From: Paragordius varius
Lineage: Eukaryota; Animalia; Nematomorpha
DNA length: 64,000 nt
Reading direction: 5' to 3'
Assembly: GCA_964247055.1 (NCBI GenBank)
Contig: OZ176051.1
Location: 14,508,001 to 14,572,000, forward strand
Part shown: piece by piece, positions 50,481 to 63,887 of the stretch
How positions within the stretch are numbered: position 1 is the stretch's first letter
How the letters are laid out: every line of letters begins with the position of its first letter
Notes under the pieces: generated by a model
What the model was told of the DNA's origin: nothing
The model's input: the letters and a program-made list of their open reading frames with translations, nothing else
The model's database searches: none
Made by a program: the position numbers and the translations under genes

Positions 50481-52351
50481 CAGTAAAATATGTAATTATC
50501 CGGACGAATTTTTTAACTAACAGACATAATTTTTTTATAACAGACAGAGTGTTAAAATCAAAAGATTAAAATTTTTAATTGGCGGACAAAATTTTTTTTA
50601 TACGGACAAATTTTTTTTCAACGGACAAATTTTTTTTATACGGACAAATTTTAGATTATAAGGGCAAATTTTTTATTATACGGACATAAATCCGAAATAT
50701 AATAGGGTAAGAGGAGCTTTTATCTATAACACTGGACAACATTTCTGCCACTCGAGTTTTTTGCATTTTTTGATATTTAGTATGATTCTAACAGTAAATC
50801 TGAAATAAAAATTAAAACTCCTTGTAAGAATTTTGTATAAATTGATATTTTTGATTATGCGCCCTCTTTATCAAAATTTTACTGAAAAATGTTTTTATTT
50901 GAAAATATACAAGTAATGCTCATTTGTAATCCATCATTTGAAAAATAATATGTATTACATCGACAGTTATTATTGGACACAGAGAGCGACAAACGCGCGA
51001 AGCGAGTGCATTTTTTTAATGAATATATCTTTAAAACTAATGGATCAAAATAGCTCAAATTTTGTTTAGATGGTAATGAATGTCCATAAAAAAATAACAA
51101 AGAATGTTTTTTTGTGTGAAACATTTTTTTATTCTTATATCACTCAAAACAGACATTTTTAAGTTTGTTTTTAATAAACATCATCTCATAAATATTAATA
51201 TATTTTCTTTACGAGGCTGATAATTTCGAAATTTTAAAGATAAAAACAAGGTTTAAGGTATTTTTAATCTTTTATAGCCATTATGTAAAAAATTTACAGT
51301 TATAACTATGAATTTTAGTATCCACTAGTATTTATGATAATAATAATTTTTAGTTAAAAAGCAAACCAAAACTTTTTCAAACATTCTTTTTAAATAAGCC
51401 CAATAATTATATAAAAATAATTTATATGATTTTAAGATTAGTTTGTATGTGAAAAATCTTGATTTATTTAAGAATTGAATATTTCGACCATTTAAACACA
51501 AATAAATTCATCATGATTTAAATGACTTGCTACCATTTAAAGGTTATAGTTTTTTGCGCTCTTTTAAATGATATAAAATACATGGCTTCATATCTAAAAC
51601 TTTTAATTTTAAAATTACGAAATTATCAGCCTCGTAAAGAAAATAAATTAATATTTTAATATTTATTAAAAACAAACTTAAAAATGGCTGTTTTGAGTGA
51701 TATAAGAATAAAAAATGTTTCACACAAAAAAACATTCTTTGTTATTTTTTTATGGACATTCATTACCATCTAAACAAAATTTGAGCTATTTTGATCCATT
51801 AGTTTTAAAGATATATTAATTAAAAAAATGCACTCGCTTCGCGCGTTTATCGCTCTCTGTGTCCAATAATAACTGTCGATGTAATACATATTATTTTTCA
51901 AATGATATATTACAAATGGGCATTTATTTTCAAATAAAAACATTTTTCAGTAAAATTTTGATAAAGAGGGCGCATAATCAAAAATATCAATTTATACAAA
52001 ATTCTTACAAGGAGTTTTAATTTTTATTTCAGATTTACTGTTAGAATCATACTAAATATCAAAAAATGCAAAAAACTCGAGTGGCAGAAATGTTGTCCAG
52101 TGTTATAGATAAAAGCTCCTCTTACCCTATTATATTTCGGATTTATGTCCGTATAATAAAAAATTTGCCCTTATAATCTAAAATTTGTCCGTATAAAAAA
52201 AATTTGTCCGTTGAAAAAAAATTTGTCCGTATAAAAAAAATTTTGTCCGCCAATTAAAAATTTTAATCTTTTGATTTTAACACTCTGTCTGTTATAAAAA
52301 AATTATGTCTGTTAGTTAAAAAATTCGTCCGGATAATTACATATTTTACTG
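50481..52351. mobile_element. 1.87-kb foldback element with ~760-bp inverted arms, TA|CAGT...ACTG|TA
   Basis: The outer ~400 bp of the arms appear to be exact reverse complements. The inner arms run to ~51240 and ~51600 with small indels. Tandem ~20-bp CGGACAAA subrepeats at 50583-50690 and 52140-52250. No coding capacity. Confidence 0.9.
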
Positions 52352-52704
52352 TAATTTAGCTAAAAAAGAGCGGCCTTTTAAAAAAAAATTTTTTTATGCT
52401 TTTACCTTAGTATAATTTAAATTTCTTTAAGGTTTTTTTGGGTAATTAAATGCTTTCTCGTTGTCCGATAGTTTGTGATTAATATCAGTAAAAATGGAAA
52501 GGCAATAAGTAGAAATCTAAAGACTAAAAGCCAAAGCTTTTTTAAACTCAAATTAAATTGTAAAATATTTTTTTGATCTTATTTTCATACTCTGCTTGCA
52601 AAATCAGATTTTAAAAATACAGCTGTGTCTTTTGAAAAAAAATATTTGGATATTACTTACGTTTTGTCTACAATTTTTTATATTATAAAATTTAGCGTCG
52701 ATAG

Positions 52705-55700
52705 GCCAGCCATTTAACATTTAACAAAGGTGCCGCGGTATGTCAATTTACGTTGGACGTGGCCTTATTTGGTGGGAATCAATTGCGTAAACAAATTATT
52801 TTAACCTTAAACTATATTTGTCCTTAAAAAGCATTGGAAATTCGTATTTTTTGATCCCGAAGATATAGGTAATTTTTTTGTTATCGAAAAAGGGGCAAAA
52901 CTAGCCTCCTTTATTGAACTAATCCAAAAAAAAATAAGATATCAATAAAATCCAATTTACTTTTTTTGGATTAACAGATCCTTTTCAATATATGTTCAAT
53001 AAAAAAATTCCTAGTTTTAAGCTTTAGACTCAGTTATGAAAGACATTTAATATTATTTCTCTATAAATCGCAGAATTAGCGCAAATTATCGTATATATAT
53101 AGTATAGAGCAGTGGTACTCACCAAAAAAATTTGACGGGCCAAATAAAACATATTTTTTTTTCGAGGGCCATGAACCTTATAATGGCAAATATTCCATAG
53201 TTATTTGACAACGCACATATTTATACTCTAAATCAGCACAATAAATTTTTTGCGGGTCGCATGTAAATCCAGCTAAAAATTCGTTTTGTACCATTTAGTT
53301 TTAAAAATTAAAATATATTGATAACAACATTTATTTTAATATTAACCAATAATTTTTGACAAATTTGGTTTCGCCTCATGGCAGGCCATTCTTAATACGT
53401 CGTCCATATGATCATTAGTTAAGCGATTTCTGTAAGTATTCTTAATATACTTCATTTTTGAATATGCCGTCTCACATGTGTAAGTTGATGGAAAAATAGT
53501 TAAGACAACTTGAGCACATTTTTTTATATTTTCATATTTATTTGGCACAACTTGCCAAAACTCTACATATCTTTCTTCTCTACGGTTTTCCTTAAATATA
53601 GCTTCCAAATTGGAATCATTTTTAACATCAACGAATTCTTCAATGATAACCGCCTGATCAAAACCGAAAAGCTCAAGTTGCTTAATGTTGGATATATCCA
53701 TATGCCATGGATTTTCCACTAGCTTTAAGCAATTTTTTATATTTTTTAATTCTTGAAATCTGAATTTCATCTCATTAGATAAAATTGTTAAATGATTGTC
53801 TATTATTAAATTAATATCCGCGGTATCCATATTTTCTTTATGAATCGTTTTGAGTGTTGGAAAATGTAGGAGTGTTTTATCTATAAAATCTTGTTTATAT
53901 ATTATTAATTTTTCTTCAAAAGCAAATATATGATTAGCAAATTGGGTTATTATTTTGCTCCCTTGAAGACTTGTATTAAAAGTACTAAGTTTATAAGTAA
54001 TGTCGCAAAGGTAGGCTAATAAAACCCACTATTTGTCACTATTAATTTCCTCGTCAAACTTTCTGTTATCTTTTATAAATAATAGAATTTCATGTCTTAA
54101 ATCAAAAAATCTATTCAATACTCTGCTAAGGCTTAGCCATCTCACAGCGGTGTACAAAAGAATATCATCAAACTGACTGTGGATATCTTTCAGAAGGTTT
54201 TTGAATTTACGGTGATTGAATTCTCTGCCACGGATGTAGTTAACTATATCCACAACCGTTTTAATTACTAAATTTAGTGATTCATCTTTTACACGCGAAA
54301 CCAAGTTTTGCTGATGAATAAAGCAGTGAAAGGATAAAATATTTTGCAAATTATATTTGGTTTTTAAGAGAGATATAAACCCTTTGTTTATTCCAATCAT
54401 AGAGGGACAGCCATCTGTGCAGATCGAAACCAATTTTTTCATAGATATACCATTATTATCGAAAAAGGTGCTAATTACTTCAAGAAAATCACTGCCTTTT
54501 GTGGTATTATTCATTGGTAAAAATTTCAAATATTCCTCGTTGATTATGTTGTCGTTGCAAAATCTCACGAAGAGCGCACATTGAGGTGTTGAACTTATAT
54601 CAGTGCTAGAATCGATTGCAATACTGAAGTATTTGCAATTTTTCAGAGCCAATAATGTATTGTTAAAAATATATTTAGACATATCTTCAATGCGTCGAGC
54701 ACATGTTGAATCAGAAAGTTGAAGTTTTTTAATTTGCCTCATGATTTGATCTTTATTATGGAATTTATCAAATAAAAAAGTGCAACCATTTATTAAACAT
54801 TCTTTTATTGGTTGGGAATCAGTAAACGGTTTCATATTTTTTCCTAAAATATAGCATATTTCATACGAAGCTAATGTTACAGCTTTTTCCTGGAAAAAAG
54901 CTATGGCCATAATAGATTTTTCTTTCTCGTATAATTCCTTAAAATTTTTATATTTTTCATTTCTTTCCTCAAGATTTTCTAGTAATTTATGAGAATGATG
55001 GATTTTAAAATGTCTTTCAATATTGAATTTTTTTATAATTATATTGTCCTTGCATATAAGGCAGGTAGCAACATTGTTTTTTAAAACGACAAAAAAATTA
55101 GTTTCCCATTCTTTTTTAAAGGAGCAATTTTCATCAGATAATTTACGTTTTTTGGCATTAGATGTCATCCTTTGAATTTATGTTTAAATATTATGTAAAA
55201 AAGATAGGAATATAAATTGAATTATGCTATAAAAAACAAGTCGAAATTTAATGATATTGAGCTGAAAATATTTTATGAGAATGAGTTTTAAATATGATGC
55301 AGGATAGCAATGAAATGTATATGCAATGGGTGAAAACAAAAAAGAAATGCAATAAAAATTTCAAAAAGAAAAGAAGAAGAAACAACGTGTGCCCATAAAT
55401 CATAAATTTTAAAATCATTTTAATGTAGAAAATTTTTCTACATTTCAAATTGCGTAAAAAATAAATATTATTTAAAAAAAATTAAATATCAGTCATAGTG
55501 CATTTTTAAAGCACACTTAGGGCCGCATGCGGCCCGCGGGCCGCGGTTTGAGTATCACTGGTATAGAGTCTATAGGTAAGTACTATTAGGACCTGACTTT
55601 TACATTGACCTGTATATGGCTGACGGTGAATTGCGTCATATTATTGGTGAAAAGCACATGCTTATTTATTAAAATATATCAAAAGAGCATATATATTAAA

Positions 55701-56633
55701 CAATTTCATAGCTCTTAATAAATACTCCTTTTTTTATCGCTTATATCACTTAGAGTATAATGCGGTTTAAAGTTAAGAATATTTATGGATCGAGCCATAA
55801 TCTAGCTTCATGTAATTAGTGCCTCAGTCTTAATCACACATTAGTTTAATTCTAAATTGTGTCGATGTTAGCCGCTGCGGGAAATTAAGAAAAATGTTTT
55901 TTATAGGTTACAAGCATGGTAAGTAAAATCTCCAATGATTATATTAAATTAACACTAGAGTAAAAAGGCAGATTTTTAAAAGATAGCTCATTTGTAAACT
56001 GGATTATTTATATATAACACATGGTATTTCAAACAAAGTGAAATGGAAATTATACGGACAAAACCTAATACTAAAAACAAAAGACAACCATAATTTTTTC
56101 ATTCTTATATTTATCGACTGTAAAATATATAATTGACTGTGTTAGTTTGCATCTGTGTCTAATACCTTTTTATTTAGAATTATAATTAAATTTAAAATCC
56201 AGTTTAAAAAAAGAATGATTGTTTTAAAAGAAATTTTATATTTTTTTTATGTTTTGTCCGTATTATTTTTATTCTGTATTGGTAACCCAATCGATTTCGT
56301 ATTTTAGTATTGTAAGGATTAATTTATATAAGATAAAGTAAGGATTTAAAAGTCTGTCTCTCAAAGAAATTTTTTAGATTTTTATGATTTGTCTGTATAT
56401 TGTAACAATTTTTTTCAAATTTTACAGTCAATTATGCGGCAGCTGTGCCTATGCCGATGTTAAGTACAACAGATCCCATTGGAACAGCTATTACTTTAGG
56501 AGCGATGCCTAATACTGGAGTAATAACCTTAACAAGCAACACCACTGTCCCGGCAAATTACACGGGCTTTAATTTTGAAGCAGTACTGGCTGCTGGTGCC
56601 GCAATGACGCCCATAGTATTTGATGTAAGCTAA
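52705..56633 (+). CDS. Probable diverged third member of the beta-rich protein family (partial model: exons 52705-52786 and 56428-56633; 5' end not found)
   Basis: ASHLTFNKGAAVCQFTLDVALFGGNQL aligns with paralog B ALVITAGAAVCTATLNVYTFNGCTM and ends at the same phase-1 donor. The phase-1 terminal exon contains NTGVITLTSNTTVPA (cf. TDGVITQDPAGPVPA). Confidence 0.5.
53110..55560 (-). mobile_element. Near-intact hAT transposon (SPIN/GTF2IRD2-like), 2451 bp
   Basis: TIRs CAGTGGTACTCA / TGAGTATCACTG and 8-bp TSD GTATAGAG (53102-09, 55561-68). Transposase 55168-53342 (608 codons) is interrupted only by one in-frame TAG at 54031-54029. Motifs AIDSSTD, CTDGCPSM, HCFIHQQ, VRWLS and FPSTYTCETAYS. Confidence 0.95.
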
Positions 56634-56834
56634 TAATTTCTGTTTTAAAATTAATTAAAATTATACAGGGAAAATGTAAAATCCTAAGGATATTTTTTAA
56701 CAAGCCACTCTTTTATTTGTAAAAATATAGAGAACAGTGGTCAACAAAAGATTCAATTTCAAGTTTTTATAAAATAACAATTATTTTTCCTCACTTTTTT
56801 CAAACCATGCCCTTGAAAATTAATGGTTAAAAAA

Positions 56835-58570
56835 CAAATTTTATGCTATTAAATAGTAATTTTGACGATAGGAATAATATTCGATGAAAATTTAATTCAT
56901 AAATAATTTTGTCGCTGATAATTTTTATTAATCACTACAATTAGCCAAATAGTTTTTCCATCTCATAATGATTGTCCGAATCTAAAAATAAATTAAAATT
57001 GTTTTCTTTTTCAAATTCATATTAATTTTAGACAGATTCTATTGGGGTAAAAATTGGATATATACCATTTAGAATTTAAATGCACCCTTAAACAATATCC
57101 TTGAACAATTTAAATTCACCTCATATAATATATATATATATAAATATATATGTTTTTTCCATAAATTTATTTTTCATATTAATAATGAGTTATATTAGTT
57201 CGAAAACACATAATTTATTTAGGGTGAATTTGAATTGTTAAGGGTGAAGTTCATGGGTAATTATAACCAAAAACTTTCTTATCCATATAAATCTAAGAAG
57301 ACAAAATATTTTTATTAAAAACAACGATACTTTTTGTAAATATTGAGATCTCCTACATAAATAAAATGTAGCAATTGCTTAATAAATTGATTAAATTGAA
57401 TGAGTGAAAACACGTAATTACGTAGAATATCAAACAGTTGATAATTTTTGAGTGAATTGAAAGTGGCGACATTTTTTGATTGGGGAAGAAGCCTTGTTCC
57501 TTTACACAAAGAAAATATGTGCCTCAAATAAAATAATTTAAAATATTTTATCTTATTTAAATTAATTGGCAATTAGATTAACGATTTAATAAAATAAATT
57601 AAAATAGCTTAAAATGCGCCATCCATTTTATTTTATGTAATACGTTACTAAAATCCATACAACACTTTTTATGTTTAAATAATGGTTCACCAATAGGATC
57701 ATATTAGCAGTTATCATTGAAAGCCAAAAAAACCAAACTACAAAACTTCTTATCAAATGAGGCAAGTTTATTTAATATTCGGGACCTTGAAATATCAATA
57801 TATTTTTCCGTTTTGTTCAGTATATTTACAATTTTTATTGTTATTTTAATATAAACTGCTAAAAACGGCTTGTTTAAATGACTTGATGGTACAAGAGATT
57901 CCAAATATTATTTCACAATTCATAAATTCTAAGCCATAAAATAATCAATTATAAACCTTAAGGAATTAGCATTGGTATTGGTTAATAATTAAGCGACGTT
58001 TATATTCGCGGGTAACAAATTTATAAAAAACGACGATGGTTACAAAAATACTCGCACACACAACAACAGAATTATGATCTAATGTAAGTAAAATTAAATT
58101 TTTTCAAAATTAGATGGCCTATATATGATGTAAATGATAATTATAAATAGCCCATATTTATAATCATTTTTATTTGTAAGATCTGTGAATAAACTTTAAT
58201 TGTTTTTCAATATTTTAAGTCATCATAATAAAATATAATGAAATTTGTTATCCTTATAAGTCCATATCTTCTTTTCCGTGCAGCGACTGGCCAGGTCTGG
58301 CTTGCACTATGATTGCAAGACCCAATTTTTATATTAAAATTGAAATTTATGAATAATATTTTTTCAATATTTTTTTTTTCTTTGAAGCTTGCAAATAATT
58401 TGAAGTTATTTCAGATTATATAAATCATCAGAATATATTTTGTTTGTTCTGGTGTATTTATTAATAATCTTGGGAAAGACGCATGATTTATCATTGACAA
58501 TACGATTTGTTTTAGCATAATTCGACCGATTTTAATTTTTGATATGAAACATATAAAAAGAGTAGATATT
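56835..58570 (+). repeat. Direct duplication unit (partner 61465-63180)
   Basis: Colinear blocks such as aaataaatcactacaattagccaaata-like (56930 / 61600), aaaatgcgccatccattt (57610 / 62208), aaggaattagcattggtattggttaataa (57960 / 62540) and the cassette. Confidence 0.9.
58020..58356 (+). other. Candidate spliced unit containing cassette copy 2 (donor GTAAGT 58084, acceptor CAG 58283)
   Basis: Canonical 200-nt intron, also present in the duplicate (62678-62878). No in-frame ATG was found. Confidence 0.45.
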
Positions 58571-58661
58571 TAATATCAGCACAAACATGGAATTATTTAC
58601 CCTTTTTTTATAATAATAATTAAAATTAAAGCATAAAAACAGCCATAATAAGCTATAATCA

Positions 58662-58664
<3 letters not shown>

Positions 58665-58697
<33 letters not shown>
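58665..58697. repeat. (TA)n microsatellite
   Basis: Uninterrupted TA dinucleotide run. Confidence 0.9.
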
Positions 58698-58700
<3 letters not shown>

Positions 58701-60497
58701 TTTTTTAATGAAATTAACAAAAATATAAATTATAGTATTACCATTTTTTTTCTTTCTATCATAATGTCTTGTTTAAACAATGGGTTATATCTGAAATGCT
58801 TGCTTTTGATATTAAATATTTATTTTTATTTAAATATATATCTATATGTATTTCATCAGGATATTTGATATCCCCCGATTTCATGCATAAAAAGGATTTA
58901 TAGGAATTTATCATTCAAAATAAAATTTAAATGAAATATCACTTGTTATATAAAGTAATGATATTCGAAAACAAATTAAGCTTTGTGATAAAATAGCTAA
59001 TGAAAATTACGAAGCAAAATTTAATTACAGATATTGGTAATTTATTATAATAAAAATGAAATCATTAAAATAAAATAATTTTTTTGGTAAAGTTTTTAAG
59101 GCAAAAATTAGCTTATGGCGTAGAGCTATCCATTAAAGGTTACACATTGCAACGTAGGCTCCCAATATCTATCAATTTATACCGTCAAAATTTTATATAA
59201 TCTCCAAATATTTTTGAGTAATATTTTTGTTTAACAATAAATGTAATGTAAGTAAGCTAAAAATAGGCTTTTAATAATAATCAAACTTTAAAGAACAAAA
59301 GCGCCATCTATTTATATTTTTAATAGTGCAAAAAATGCTTTTAGGTTTGGGTAACAGCCAGAGTTTAGTATGTTTAAGAGGATATTAAAATGTAAAAAGG
59401 TACTGCGAAACATACCACCATTTTTTATAGACTAGTGCAGTAATTAAAATTAAAAAGATAAAAATTTTCAAACATATTCTTATACTTGATGTTTCCTATA
59501 CTATTAAATAATAAAATTATGCAAATAACATCCGAAAATTCGTAATTTACAATTAAAGATCATTTTTAAAATATATACCATTTACAATCAAAATCACCCT
59601 TAAACCTTAAAATTTACCCTTGAACAATTCAAATTTACCCAATATATTATATGATTTTAAAATAAAAATTACTATTTCATATTTTTAAAAAATATAATTT
59701 TGTTTTAAATAAAATAATAATGAAAAAATAATTAACTATTCTATAAAAATATATTTATAATAATAATAAGTTATATTCGAATAATTTATATTTAGGCTGA
59801 ATTTTATTGCTCAATGGTTATTTTTGATTGTTCGAGGTTGAACTTTGGATTTCTCAAGGGTAAATTTGAACTGTAAACGGTGTATATGTTTTTGTTTATA
59901 ATCATTTTATCTATATAATATTGATCTTTGAGTTTATACTACATTTCTTCTGTATAATCTTTAATTATTATATTTCATTGAACATGTGAATTTATTATAT
60001 ATAAAATAGTATTTGATAAATACACAAATTTAAACATTATAAACATATTAACTTTTATAGGTCATAATAGAATATATGTCATACAATAACCGCTCTTTAT
60101 TTACATGAAATTAACTAACTTATAGTAAAACCTAAAATTATGCGGATATTTTAAAAATGATTTATTAACATAACTTATTAGTTGAAACATCGAAGTATAA
60201 AATAAAAATTATTGTTAACAGAATCAATTATATATTTTATATTGTAAAATATAAATTTAAAAAGTATGTTGTTTTTTATAAAATAATATTTGTCTCTATA
60301 TTTTTGAGTTTTGTCCGTATAATTTCAGTTTTTTTGTAATTTTCAAAAGTGATACTAACATATTCACTACCTATAAATTTTTCAAAATCGTATTAGATGC
60401 TGAAGATTACCTTATTATTGGTTTCATTTTATTGTTTTTCTACGGTAAAAGTAAAAAAAAATTTTTCACAAAGGCAGCCATATATATATATTATATG

Positions 60498-60549
60498 CTA
60501 ACGTAAATCTCGTGCTGCTACGCAGCCCGAGGAAGTCCTTCGGACTTCT

Positions 60550-60580
<31 letters not shown>
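60498..60580 (-). mobile_element. Helitron-type 3' terminus (degenerate copy) followed by a ~29-nt poly-G
   Basis: Matches 63888-63940, with hairpin GAAGTCC-TTC-GGACTTC at 60532-60548. Confidence 0.5.
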
Positions 60581-61464
60581 TGAAACATTATTTAATAGCT
60601 ATCTCTTTTAAAATTGTGCATTCATACTATTATATTGTTTACTTAGGGGAAATAAGATTCAAAAAATTATTTTTGTGGATTTTGGTTTTTTGAAAAAAAT
60701 GGCATATTACGGGGGCAGCAGGTAAAAAAAGGGCCTAAATTAAAATATCCACGTTCTCCGAAAAATTGTCTCAAAGACACGATTTTTGTGGATTTTTCTT
60801 TCAAAAAAACCCGTTTTTTACCCGGGGTGGGCCCGAACTGTCTAATTTAAAAAAAGAGCGAAGCATTTGTCGGGGCATTTATCATTATATTTTTTCGACA
60901 TTTTGATTTGAATGGGTGTACCGGTTTTCCGGAAACAGATCACAAAGCTAGCATTTTCCATTTTTATAAATAGATAAATTAAAAATATTATTAAACATCT
61001 TCGTAATAAAAGGAAATTATGGTTTTAAAAAACAGAGAAGTTTTATTTTTTCAAGAAATCTCTGGACTAAATGATAAATAGGTTATCTTAAATTATACAG
61101 GTAGCTAGTAGGACAATAAATTTTTAAAATTTAATATTGATTGAATATTTTAGCCAAATAATAATGCTATTGTTATTTAGCTAGCAAAGGTCAAATTATT
61201 ATATTAATTCTTATGTAAAGGACTATTTTCCCATCTATTTAATGAATTTAGAAAATAATTTTTAAGCCCCGCTATTATTAACAAATGCGAAATTTATTTT
61301 TTTATTTTTTCGTATTATTAGTATGTTATTTAATTACTAATAATCTTTTTTAATTATTTTAACAAAACAAGGGATTATATTTAATATAAATAAGTTTTGG
61401 GATCAAGAATGATAGACCATAAACGGGAAAATATAAATAAATTTTAAAAATTTATGATTTTTAA

Positions 61465-63180
61465 CAAGTTTTATGCTATTAAATAATAATATTAATAGTT
61501 TGAATCGTTAAATAGAATTTATTCGATTAATTAACTATTCATAAATTTTTTTGTCGTCGATATAGATAAAGAGACGAATATTTGATAATTTCAAATAAAT
61601 CACTACAATTAGCCAAATACTTTTCCATCTCATAATTATTTTCCGAATCTAAAAATAAATTAAATATTTTTCCTTTTTCGAACTCAGATTAATTTCAGAC
61701 AGATTCAATTGGATGGATATATATACCATTTACAATTATTCACACTTAAACAATATCCTTGAACATCCAAATTCACCCTCCAATTCAATTTTCCTTCTCA
61801 AATATTATATATATGTTTTTTCCATAAAGTTAATTTTCATATGAATAATAAGATATATTAGCAAAAGTACATAATTCATTTTCAGAGTGAATTTAAATTG
61901 TTTAAGGGTGAAATTCAAGGCTAACTATAAAACTTTTTTTTACATATAAATATAATAAGACAAAATATTTTTATTTAAATATTGAGATATCGAACATAAA
62001 CAAAATGATTGCAATTGTAAATACATGGATTTACCAATACATATTACTTTATTTTTTTTGATATTTCATTATTTCTGCATAGTTTGAATTTTAACTGATA
62101 CTTTTTGAGGGAATCGAAAAAACTGACGACATTTTTATTGGGCAAAAAGCTTTTTTGCACAAAAATAACAAATAATTAAATTTTTCAATATAGTATCAAT
62201 CTGATTAAAATGCGCCATCCATTTAATTTTATTTAATACATTACTAAAACACATAAAACATTTTTTATGTTTAAATAACGGTTCACCAATAGGATCTTCT
62301 TAACAGTTCTCATTGAAAGCCAAAAAAACCAAACCACAAAACTTTAAGAAGTTTATTATATTATCGGGGCCTTTAATAAAATTGGTATATTTTTCCGTTT
62401 TGTCTGTATATTTACAAATTTTCTTGTTATTTGTTATCAATATCTTTTAATAATAACTAAATCGCAAGATAATACAGGATATTTTCTAATTATTTTACAA
62501 TTATAAATTGTCCGCCAAATAATAATCATTCATAAACCTAAGGAATTAGCATTGGTATTGGTTAATAAATTTAATGACGGTTTTAATTTTTGTACTTATT
62601 CGGGTGTAAAAAAATAAAAAACGAAGATGGTTACAAAAAGAAAGCTCGCATACACAACAACAGAATTATGATGAAAAGTAAGTAATATAAAAAATTTTTA
62701 AAATTAGATGGCCTATATATGTTCTGATCACTAAATAAATATCTGCCCATATATATAACCATTTTTATTTATAATATCTGTGAATAAACTTTAATTGTTT
62801 TTCAGTATTTTAAGTCATCATAATAAAAAATAAAATAATTTGTTATCCGTACAAGTCCATATCTTCTCTTCTGTCCAGCGACTGGCCAGGTCTGGCTTGC
62901 ACTATCATTGCAAGACCCAATTTTTACATGAAAAATGAAATATATGAATAATATTTTTTTAATATCCCTTTATCTGTGCGGCTTGAAATTGATTAAAGGT
63001 TTTACACATTATATACATATATGTATATATATCATCAGAATATTTTTTTGTTTGTTTAGGTGTATTAATATTAATAATCTTGGGAAAGAAGCATGATTTA
63101 TCTTTGACAATACAATTTATTTTAGCATAGCATAATGCGCGTTTTGATATGAAACATATCTTAAAAAGCGTAAATATTTT
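61465..63180 (+). repeat. Direct duplication unit (partner 56835-58570), includes cassette copy 3 at 62840-62930
   Basis: See partner. Confidence 0.9.
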
Positions 63181-63389
63181 ATGAATTAAACCAAAGGACC
63201 ATTAAAACACTTTTCAGTTTTATTAAAAATTCAAATTAAATCATCAAAACAATTTAAAAAACAACTAATTAATTATATAACGATTGTACACTAATTTAGC
63301 TTTCCATATTATAATTTTATTTTTGACCAATGTGTTATAGAACATTTATTTGAGTCGTTATTATATAAGTCTCAGCCCACAAACCAAAA

Positions 63390-63880
63390 CAGGGGCGTAC
63401 CGAGGGGGGGGGGGGGGGGCAAGGGGGTGCATCATGCCCCGGGCGCCGTTATTTAGGGGCGCCTAAATGATTTTTTAAATTAAATTTTAATTATGCAAAA
63501 ATGATAAGAACTTTTAAATGAGATTTTTCAGCAATTCAGGTAATAATCCCTAAAATATACACTCTATTATTCACAACGAGAATGAACTAACATTATTGAG
63601 AGTGGTAAAAGAAAAATTTAATATGATAGATTTTAATAATATAATTGATCATTTGCAATATCAAAAGCCAGAAAAATTTTTACATAAAAGATATTTTTTC
63701 TCTTAGTTGCTTTTTTCCTTTGTAAGTGAAAAAATCTTCATATAATTAATATTTTAATTGCATTATAATTCTATTAAAATCGTATTGTAAAATTCGCTTA
63801 GAATTACAATTATTTTTTAAATCATTATTGTTCGCCATTATCATAAGATCAATTCAAATGCAACTAAAACATTATTTTTA
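63390..63880 (+). mobile_element. Internally deleted hAT relic (ZMYM/Tip100-like C-terminus)
   Basis: Terminus CAGGGGCGTACC with GC-rich subterminal gccccgggcgcc. Frameshifted IIDH(F)A.SKARK dimerisation-domain tail at ~63645-63680. Confidence 0.5.
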
Positions 63881-63887
63881 TATATAA

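Noticed and set aside
50583-50690. Regularly spaced ~20-bp repeats resembling a CRISPR array
   Set aside because: No unique spacers, mirrored in the opposite arm of a foldback transposon, eukaryotic context and no cas genes.
50879-51735. Similar ORFs 50879-51124 and 51544-51735
   Set aside because: Derived from the foldback arms. Low-complexity, and frames are not conserved between arms.
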